A stretch of DNA of 52,291 bases, counting the filler, from Jimgerdemannia flammicorona (Eukaryota): assembly GCA_003990765.1 (NCBI GenBank). It is 2 parts of 2 records of this genome, joined end to end, with 100 filler letters (N's around TTAATTAATTAA, not from the genome) between each part and the next. Parts side by side here need not be neighbours in the genome. Positions count along the whole stretch, not along the records: positions 1 to 26,099 come from RBNJ01000762.1; positions 26,200 to 52,291 come from RBNJ01000763.1. One strand, 5' to 3'. A program made the translations under genes and the position numbers. The notes under the pieces are model-generated. The model saw only the letters and a list, made by a program, of their open reading frames with translations. It made no database searches and was not told the DNA's origin. Positions 23,201 to 31,980 of this stretch are shown here, in pieces (within the stretch, counting starts at the first letter, position 1; each line of letters begins with the position of its first letter).

Positions 23201-26099
23201 TACAGGATGCAATTCGCACTTAGGGAAGGCACGAGACTGTGTAATTCCATGTTGAAGTTCCGTCTGCGTTTGCCTATCCCTGGCTTGTGCGATGATACAT
23301 TTGTAATCGGCGTGGTCGGACCACACCCACACGGTAAGTGAAATAGTGAAAAGAGATGGTGTTGCTATCTCCTTTTTATTTTCTCTAACTCTATCGATCT
23401 TCATTCAGAGAGATCTATTGTGCTGGAATGGCAACTCCGAAGATTTCAAGCCCACGCCCAAAGGGAGCTGAAAACCGGGGTTTTCGGCATAGACTACTAC
23501 TCCATAGGAAATGCGGGTCTTCGAATCCTAAATATTCCCGGCATAAACGAGAAAGGCGCCAAAGCTGCCCAACAGCCGCATGCATCCTTCCGTGGGTTAG
23601 TTGTATTCGTATACAACATATCCGAAGGCAATCACAACAGCTTCCAACAGGTCTGCACAAAGCAAATTGTACCACTTGCACAAGAAAAACAAATTACCTT
23701 TATTCTTTGCTTAAACCATACCGACGAGACGTTTGAAAGACGGACTGCTTCATTTCTGTCGAAGAAAGCTGCCGAAATTCTTCGAGACAATCTTGAGAAG
23801 TCGCACTGGATCATTAGGACAGAGGCACCACCCAGTAGGTTTAAATTGTATACCCATCCCAATGATCTCTATTGTATACATCAAAATGGTTTTACTTATG
23901 TTATTGTTATATCTATTTAACTTATTATCCAAAATATATTTTCTGGAAGGCATTGTGCAAGCAAGGGGGGAAGAGTATGTGAACTCAGGTGGGAGAACTT
24001 TCTGTATTACAGAGTAAACAGATGCGATTCATTGGAGTTCTGGACTGACCGAGATACTTTCAATCCGCCTACAGTTTCGAATGAAAATCTCAATCTCGAC
24101 AACAAAACCGTAGAGACGATTTACCGTAAACGTAACGACAACGTCCACATGGAAGGACCTTTCATTGGGCGCAAAGGAGATCTCGAAAAATTGGACAAAC
24201 TTCTCCAAGGCTCTGAACGCTACATCACCATCAAAGGATTCGGCGGAGTGGGCAAAACGTCGTTAGCGCTTCAGGCTTTCGGAAACTTCAACTCCGGTAG
24301 CGCTCTTGCGCTTTCTCTTGCTGGAGCTCCAAGGGCAAGCCAAGTGATCCTGAAAATGGCAGAGTTTTTCGCGATTGACACTAAGTGCTTAAACGATCAA
24401 GACCAGCAGAATGAAGTCCTCGGGAAAATGGAAAGTAAAGAGTCAATTTTGCTCTATCTCGACAACATGGAAGACGTCAAAATAGCGATGGAAAGTAGTG
24501 TTCCTGGGACGAAAGAGGAAGCAAGGACATTAATAAATTTTTTCAAGAGGTTACCAGCCAATGTCCAAATTCTCGCAACCTCAAGAATCGCATTAGGTTG
24601 GCCTAAAGAACGTTTGTTCGATCTGGCTGGCTTGGAGCCACGTGAAGGCATGCTTGTTTTTCAACAGTGGACCCCTCAACGCTCGGAAGCGGGCGATACA
24701 GATGACCAAAGCGGAATGGATCTCAGCCGCGTAACCGACGGTCATCCATTGTCGCTGCGCCTTCTTGGAGGCATGTTTGACAATTGTAAGGATCCTATCC
24801 ATCAATTCGTCAAAGAGGTCTGTGATCGGCTAACGGTGGCCGTGAATCCCGAATCCTTTGACAAGCGACACGAATCGATAGACGACTGCATCAAGTACAG
24901 CTTCGAATACCTGAATGATGAGTTGGGGACATTCCTTGGTGGGTTGAGGGCGTGGAGCATTCCATTTACATCAACTCTTGTCATGCGCGCTTTGATGAAT
25001 GAACCTTCAGCTCCATCAGCATCGCTTGTGTCAACCAATTTGCACAAACTTTGGCAAAGAAGCTGGCTAAACCGACGAAAATACGAGGTCGACCCAATGC
25101 TCGGTGACTGGCGCCCCAACATTATCTCGAATGAAACCGAGTTTTATAGCCTGCATCCACGCCTACACGACTTCCTTAACCACCGGTTTGATAACGTCGA
25201 GGCTATTCTTCCCAACGATGCAGAAATTCAATTTTACACTGCACTGTGCTACGGAGTAGGATTTGGTGTTGCAAATGATCTAGCCAAACAAATTGAGTGG
25301 TCCACTAAGGCTGCGAACAACGGTCATTTGGAAGCGCAGTTAACGCTTGCTGCTTGTTATCAGGGAGGGTGCGGTGTTAGCCGAAGTAAGCAGAAGGCAT
25401 TTGATTTGTTCTTGAAGGCTGCCGAGACCGGAAGCAAACAAGCGCAAAGCGAGATCGTGGTGTATTACCGGAAAGGCTATGGTGTTGATAAAAATGAGGA
25501 AAGAGCGACTTTTTGGGAAAAAGTTGTTAAAAGAAACAAGACGGCGCCACTTTTGATTTCATTTGACCTTTCTCTCCCGCTAATGCATCGCTTTGCATTC
25601 GGTGGTGATGTGGTAATGGTCAGATCACTCTGTTCTCGTACCAGTGACGTCAGTGTTCGAGACAGAATCGGGAGAACCTCGCTGCACGTGGCTGCACAAA
25701 TCGGTCACATTGACCTCATCGAGGAACTTTTGTATGAATGCAATGCTGATATTTCCCTCAAGGACATTTATGGTCGAACCCCAATCCACCTGTCTGCACA
25801 AACTGGTCACCACGAGGCTGTATGGTTCTTTGTGACTGCCTGTGGCGTTGACCCTAACTCGAAAATTAATTCTGGTTGCACACCCCTCCACCTCGCTGCG
25901 AATAAGGGGTCTCTCGAAGTCGTAAAAGTGCTCTTGGCCGACTCCAAGGCGGACCTCAACGCCAAGAACAACGACGGGTGGACGCCCCTTCACTTCGCTG
26001 CGCAGAACGGGCACGTCGAGGTCGTAAAGGTGCTCGTAACCGACTCCAAGGCGGACGCCAACGCCAAGTCAATCCAAGAAGCTACACCTCTACATTATG
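20088..26099 (+). CDS. Multi-exon NLR-like protein: Zn2Cys6 - 35-aa repeats - CHAT protease - STAND1 - degenerate G-domain - STAND2 - SEL1 - ankyrin; 3' end lost in gap. Exons 20088-20322, 20405-20509, 20590-20694, 20766-20870, 20953-21208, 21283-23333, 23409-~23838, ~23950/24013-26099
   Basis: Six GTA(A/G)GT...YAG introns (71-82 bp), most with CTAAY/CTGAC branch sites, join the ORFs with matching phases; the last intron (somewhere in 23835-24021, removing TAA 23918-23920) has uncertain boundaries; CpG content is normal and long frames are intact. Confidence 0.75.
20235..20957 (+). repeat. Four tandem ~176-187-bp units, each an exon segment plus intron
   Basis: Repeated gtcgcaaatacggaaaatcc..ccagtaaggtcatcac..aa|gtaagt..ctaa..aatacctag|acatg; introns 20323-20404, 20510-20589, 20695-20765, 20871-20952; internal exons are exactly 105 nt. 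Confidence 0.92.
21283..22078 (+). other. CHAT (caspase HetF-associated with TPRs) cysteine protease domain
   Basis: LDDIPWE, LRVVVVAPDP, VLHFMGHC (His 21719-21721), LAFLSACNT (Cys 21848-21850), LLQYGVP, FESTFYQCL..G.TVEKAMWKAR, GAMVLY. Confidence 0.9.
22184..23220 (+). other. STAND (NB-ARC-like) NTPase 1 with helical/winged-helix region
   Basis: FCGRKKDL, Walker A GITGQGKT (22283-22306), Walker B LLILDHAE, ILATSS, DGHPLCL, LQQLYRRGLL. Confidence 0.9.
23300..23810 (+). other. Degenerate Ras/Roc-like small GTPase domain (spans intron 23334-23408)
   Basis: After splicing: IGVVGPHPHERS (G1 position), LRILNIPG (DxxG position), VVFVYNIS..NSFQQV, FILCLNHTD (NKxD position). Confidence 0.6.
24161..25180 (+). 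other. STAND (NB-ARC-like) NTPase 2
   Basis: FIGRKGDL, Walker A GFGGVGKT (24236-24259), Walker B LLYLDNME, ILATSR, DGHPLSLRL, SFEYL, YSLHPRLHDF. Confidence 0.92.
25210..25530 (+). other. About three SEL1-like repeats
   Basis: GVGFGVANDL..WSTKAANNGH; AQLTLAACYQGGCGVSRSKQKAFDLFLKAAETG; AQSEIVVYYRKGYGVDKNEERA. Confidence 0.88.
25580..26099 (+). other. Ankyrin repeats (5 complete plus start of a 6th), truncated by gap
   Basis: GRTSLHVAAQIGH, GRTPIHLSAQTGH, GCTPLHLAANKGSLEVVKVLL, GWTPLHFAAQNGHVEVVKVL, ATPLHY. Confidence 0.95.
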
Positions 26100-26199
26100 N
26101 NNNNNNNNNNNNNNNNNNNNNNNNNNNNNNNNNNNNNNNNNNNTTAATTAATTAANNNNNNNNNNNNNNNNNNNNNNNNNNNNNNNNNNNNNNNNNNNN
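26100..26199. other. Artificial scaffold/concatenation gap with all-frame-stop linker TTAATTAATTAA (26144-26155)
   Basis: 100-nt block of N containing a palindromic six-frame stop linker; contiguity across it is unproven. Confidence 0.95.
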
Positions 26200-28294
26200 C
26201 CCCCCCTACTCCTTCCCTATGAAAGACCATCTTATCTAATACCATTTCCACCCTTCCTCCACTTTGCTCACAGATCGTCGCCACCAAACTGCACTGGCGT
26301 CCACCCTGAGGACCCCAGCCCACCCACCATCTAGTCAAAAGATCTCCCAACAGCTCCTCCTACCGTAATACCTTCTCCCGGCACCCTGCCTGCTGCCCCT
26401 CCTCAAATACAAAAAGCCAATGGCCCGCTATCCCCACCCACATTGCCAACACCCACCCTACAGTAACCCAACTGTCGCCCACCCCCCTCACCAGCCAAAA
26501 CCTCAAGTCCTCCCAGCGGCCCCCTACACCCGCCGGCCTCCGCTCCACACCCAGTCTGTTGCCTATTTCTACCCAAAAGTCCCCCAATACCTCACACTCC
26601 CCCAGCCAATGTTCCGGCATCTGCACAAATCCCCCATCTTGCCCCACATTGTAACACTCCTCACAATCAAATTGGCCACCATCCACCAGATGCCCAGTGT
26701 GGAAATTCAGCATGACATTCCTCCACAGCATTCGCCACCACACCACCCAGTACTTGGGAGGAAGCCATCTCTGCACCTCAGCACTCCAAGACCAGATACC
26801 CGCCCAGTCCCACTCCTCGCCGATCCCTGCCCCCTGCCAGCCACTTGGCCTAAGATCCTGGCCAAGACCCAGCTGACACTCCACCCCATCTCCAAGATCA
26901 AATGTTTCAATCGGAGCACCCCCCAGCAGCAGTCCATCCCATCTCCACATATCAGATCCCCACACCCCCTCCCCCTCATTGTCTTGCCAGCGCAGGCCAA
27001 TCTGGTGGGCGCCGTCCACCACACCCCACCAAAAGCCTTTAAACCGCAGCCTCCTACTTCCATTCAGCCCTACCAGAGCGAGCAGATCCCCGGAGGACTC
27101 TTGAGGGGAGGTCCTCATCTCCCACACCTTCTGCAGCAGTGGCACCCAACTCCCACCCCATAGTTCAGCAGCTCTTTTCAACCACTAGGCACGCAAGCAG
27201 TGCAACCTCTTAGGGAAATCCATGAGGCCAAGACCCCCCCTGACCACCGGTGTTGCAAGAGTATCCCAACCAATCTGGGACCTCCTCCCTGCCCAAATCC
27301 AATCTCTCACCATCTTCGTCAGCCTCTTCACCACCCAAGCTGGGAAGTCCAGGTGATAGGCCATGTACCACAGCTTGGGGAACCAGTACATATTCAAAAT
27401 CGACACCCTCCCCGCCAGAGAGATACGGTGGCCTCCCTAGCCGCGAAGGGCCTCCCCCCAAATGGTCACCCTGCTCTCCCACCACCCTCGCGGCAAGACA
27501 GAACCATAGACAGAGAGGAAGATGCCCAGGTATCTCACCACCTCACCTGTGGGGACAATTGTTCCAATGACATCTCCACCCACTAGCCCATTTCCAAGCA
27601 CCATTGTCTCACACTTATGCCAGTTGAGCTTCGCCCCTGAGTGCACCTCATACCATTCCACTGTCTCCTTGAGAGCCTCAACATCCGCCACAGACCCAAG
27701 TCCGACCACCATATCATCAGCAAAGGCCCCCACCTTCCACTCTATACCATATATAGAGAGCCCTGCCACCTTCCGGCGAATCCTATCCATCAGTGGCTCT
27801 AACGAAAGGGCATAGAGAATAGGGGACAGAGGGTCCCCCTGAGGAACTCCTCTATCCAAGGAGAACACCAGACCACGATGACCATTATACATCAGTGCCG
27901 CTCGACTACTCTCCAGCAGACTCAATATAGAAGTCCGAAATCCTGGTGGAACACCAATCCGGTCCAATACCTTACCCAGCCAAACCTGTCATACTCAGTC
28001 ATAGGCCTTCTCCTGGTCCAAAAAGACCAACCTTCCATCCAGACCACAAGCCCGGGCCCCTTCAATGACACCATGCACCCACGCAGTCTCATCTCTTATA
28101 AGTCTGTCTCCAACAAAGCCCCTCTGCTCCTCCCCCAGTACCTGTTGGGCAACTTTCTGCAGTCTTGCGACAATCACCTTAGTCACCATCTTCCTGTCCA
28201 TATCCAGCAGCATGATTGGCCTCCAATTCTTCCAATCTTCCCTCCTCCCCTTGTCTTTATACAATAAGGCCACCAGTCCGAGGTCCTGCTCTCC
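26200..28294 (-). mobile_element. L1/Tx1-type LINE (LINE-C), 5'-truncated ORF2, closely related to LINE-A but much less decayed
   Basis: GEQDLGLVALLYKDKGRREDWKNWRPIMLLDMDRK, GVPQGDPLSPILY, GAFADDMVV, GGLGLMDFPKRL, CEEC..MPEHWLGEC; retains many CpG. Confidence 0.93.
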
Positions 28295-29596
28295 AGGCAG
28301 TGGTCTCTTCCTCAAATTTTCTTTACCATATCTCCCAGGTGGGCAGTCATTTTGGCAAACCTTTTGGTGAGTTTCTCCATAGTATCACTGTTCTTTTGCT
28401 GCTCTGTAGCTTTGGGCTGAGGTGTGTTTCGATTGATCATTGTGGTGGAGATCACACTGGTTGACTTAGGTACCTCAATTCTGACTTCTATAACTCTCTC
28501 CATTATATGGTCTTATGGGTGTCTGGCTATCCAGTATCGCTGAGCATAGGTGACCTTTTGTGGCAGATCCAGAATCACTGGTAATAAGCAGATGGCCATG
28601 GCTATTTCTGGATGGACTCCTTTCATGAAGATTGCTTCAGCTACTTGATCTCAGATAGCAGCAGCATATTCTGCAAGGATTATCTGATATCAAATTCTGG
28701 TATAGAATGTGTTTGGATCCTCACTCATTCCTTGGCATGTTGTATTGAGCTGATCCTTCAGGGCTTGCTTGATCTCATCTGTATAATATGTATTTTGGAG
28801 CCAGGTCTTCTGTGCTATCAGTATAGCATCGGCATTATTTCCTGCATGGGTTGTAGCTGTAAATGCTGCTCTAGCAGGACCTTGTAGGCTAAAGAGCATG
28901 AGGGCTACTTGCTGTGCTGCTGTCAGGGTCTTTACAGTGATATACTGCTCAAAATCGTCAATGAAGGTGATGATTGATTTATCTGAGGTATATCTATGGA
29001 ATACTGATAGTCTCATATCCATCTTGTCTGGGTATTGGGGCTTGGTTTGTATGGTTGTTCGAGTAGTGGTGGTTGTTCATTGTTCAGCTTGAAAGTGAGG
29101 GATTCATCTTGAATCACCAGCCAATAGGCACTAAGTTGTAATGTAGTAGATGCTTACTCTTGAAAGCATGTCAGATTTCTGTATCTTGAAAACTTGACTA
29201 TTCTGACTCTTACAGAGTCTCTTGAAGTTGCAGGGGAGAGTGGGTGAGTTCAAAGTATATCTGCCCACAGGCTTACTAGTTCCTTTACTATCTCTTTGCT
29301 TTGGACTATTTCAATCTGAGGTTTATTCACTCGAAGATACTAGATTATTTATACAAGTTTGCTAGCTATGAGATAAGTTATATGGCTAGGTTATGAGTCA
29401 TTTAACACTTTGCAAAATATTTCACCAGATGTGAAATGCTATACTATATCAAGAAGCTCGATCTCACACTTTGTGAAATATTTAGCAAGTGGCGAAATCG
29501 AGAACTGCTAACTATGTGGCTATACTACTTTGGGACTGGGTGCAATCAAGTGTCTGTTCCCTATTTCCTTCTTCTGAATCTGGCTATACTATCACA
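28295..29596 (-). mobile_element. 5' fragment of a minus-strand Gypsy related to A/B/C: gag, PBS and a different, apparently shorter LTR (~29137-29596)
   Basis: FHRYTSDKSIITFIDDFEQY..NTYYTDEIKQALKDQLNTTCQGMSEDPNTFY matches A/B/C gag; minus strand acttagtgcctattggctggtgattcaagatgaatcc matches the B leader; far LTR end uncertain. Confidence 0.8.
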
Positions 29597-29599
29597 ATA

Positions 29600-30300
29600 G
29601 TTAGTCTATATATATAATCTAGTAAATAAGTCAATTTTGAAATTCTGCTAAAGTATATAGCTAAATATTTTTGATTAAATAGGGTTATTAATATAGAAAT
29701 AGTCAGACAATTAGATAAATGTATCTATCATAGCTTGGATATTGATTTTGTTTATTTTATATTCTTTTTGATTTTGTCAGAGTATTTGTCTTTTATATGT
29801 TAATATATATTTAAAGTTGAACCACTAAGTATTTTGAACTTCTGACTATGTAGTATATATAAAAGATTGATTATATATATATTAAACAAATTATCAGTTA
29901 TATTATAAATACATTTTTTTTTTTTTTTTTTTTTATCTACAATAATTACAAATAATATCATCTCCAGTCTTAGTATAATATTGCCATATTTTGGAATGAG
30001 GATTGTATAGAAAGTATAGAACTATTGAGAATATTTAACTTAAAGAAATATTAGTACTATGAACTATTAAAGACTGATCTATTGATATGTATATATATAT
30101 ATATATTTGCATATATATATATTATATGTAGATATGTTTAGTATATAAGTTATGTAGAGAATTCAGATTGGAGGATTCAGATTAAAGAATTCAGATTAAG
30201 TAATTCAGATTGAGTAATTTGGATTGAGTGATTTAGATTAATCTAAATTGATTTAGATTATTTCAGATTTAAGATTTGAATCAACTTATTTAAAATACTA
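29600..30300. mobile_element. AT-rich decayed sequence ending in a probable hAT-type element terminus with subterminal ATTCAGATT-type repeats; includes poly(T) and (TA)n
   Basis: End tcaacttatttaaaatacta (30281-30300) resembles the MITE end tcaacttgtttgggagtacta (51689-51709) after G->A decay. Confidence 0.45.
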
Positions 30301-30305
30301 GTTAT

Positions 30306-31860
30306 TGTAATTGTGACCCCAGAATGATGACATCAGCACAGGAGACAGTCTTTCCTTGCAAGCCACCAGATTGGAGTATAAGAAGATCATATATCATACA
30401 AGACAATGATGACCAACTGTAAGTCATTGTAACCACAGTATAGTATCTTGAGGAATATAAAAGAAGAATCAAGGAACTGCAGTAGTAGCAACCAACAAGA
30501 TCCACCAATCCCAAAATAGCTCAAAGACTTACCATAAACAAAATGTCTGCTGCTCGCCAAACCTCAAGGTCAAGGAACTACTAAGGTATCTCAGTCAAAG
30601 AAAGGATGTTCCAAGACATCAAAAGAGCTATGAGGACCTACTCAAGAAGGACTCCTAGTATCAATCTGGGTACTAGTGACCCTTATCACTATATCCTCTA
30701 CCACTGTGAAATGGAAACAAGGATCACCATTACTACTGAATGTCTCCAAATGTGACAGGAATATGAAATAGGAAATCTCCTCTGCCAAGAGTTTTCACAG
30801 GCCAGCACTCAATAGCTATAAGATGCTACTCTCATGGATATATATGAAATAAGGACAGCTAAGAAGATCCATCAGATCTTCAGGCATGCACTATGCTCAA
30901 TCTCCAACTTGGAGTATGTTAGAGTCTCAGATTTCAGAGACCTATTATCCCACTGTATCAATGCACTAGAAGCCAGGGTGGCTACAGAAGCCCAGTCCAC
31001 TATCACTCTCAATAGTGATGAAGTAGAAGACTTCTGGCATCCCATCCTCCAGGACAACCCAGACCAATTCCTGCAAGGATTGATCTCCGTATTCCAAGGC
31101 CCAAGCATCCAGGTTAGACCTCACCAAGACCTTACATTTGTCCCTTATTTTGTAGAAGAGAACCTCATAGATTGGAGAGCCCCTGATTTCTCTGCTGCTG
31201 AACATGATGATGTTATCAGTAATGATATCATCCTGCATAACATTGACATATATAAAATGTGTGACCTATATGATGAATTTGCAGACCTTATCTCTTTTAA
31301 AGATATCCTGATCTCTGACAATGAAGATGAAGTCTCCATAGTCCTGAACTTTCTGCTCTAAGTTTCTTATTATACTGAATAATGCCAGCACCGGCATTCT
31401 GAGGTGATGCAAAATTGTTCCAGTACTGGCATTTGATGTAACACTGAATAATACCAGCACCAGTATTCTGATATAATACCAAATTATACCAGCATCCTGA
31501 ACCTATACAATCATCAGTGCTGACCCTGAAACTTAGCAGTTTTTCCTGTCCTGGCATTTTATTTTAGTTATTGGAATTTATATTTAGCTTTATATCTTAG
31601 CAACCATTGAATTATATTTTGTATAAATACCCCTCTTATTTCCTCTGAAATAAAGTTAGTTCTGGTTTCACTTACACACACTTCCTTGCAAGCAATCTAA
31701 GAGATAACAAGACAGTTTAAAGATAAGAAGTTTGAGGACTATAAGATCTTGGAAAGGCTCTCTAATAAGAACTTGCTTATAACAAACTTGAGTCAGTCTA
31801 AGAGATATACCTTGAAAAGAATCTGGCATATTTTAAGGACTCAGCGACCACTACATGACA
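30306..31860 (+). repeat. Gypsy-B 5' LTR (1555 bp)
   Basis: TGTAA...TGACA; direct repeat of 37561-39123. Confidence 0.93.
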
Positions 31861-31980
31861 ACTTGGTGCCCATTGGCTGGTGATTCAAGATGAATCCCTC
31901 ACTTTCAAGCTGAAAAATAAACAATCTCCACAACAACTACCCTGACTACAAGAGTTACCCCTGCAAGAATTCAAGATAAG

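Noticed and set aside
21284..26099. Bacterial operon or contaminant (CHAT-STAND defence genes)
   Set aside because: Gaps between ORFs are mostly canonical spliceosomal introns with matching phases, and a fungal Zn cluster is linked; ancient horizontal origin is not excluded
26144..26155. TTAATTAATTAA palindrome and apparent C-terminus 'LIN*' of the ankyrin protein
   Set aside because: Synthetic linker within Ns; not a biological stop
26420..27163. 247-aa plus-strand Pro/His-rich ORF
   Set aside because: Antisense shadow of LINE-C ORF2
31864..31881. Assigning the PBS (TGGTGCCCATTGGCTGG) to a specific tRNA
   Set aside because: Position fits a PBS, but CpG decay and unknown host tRNAs prevent a supported assignment
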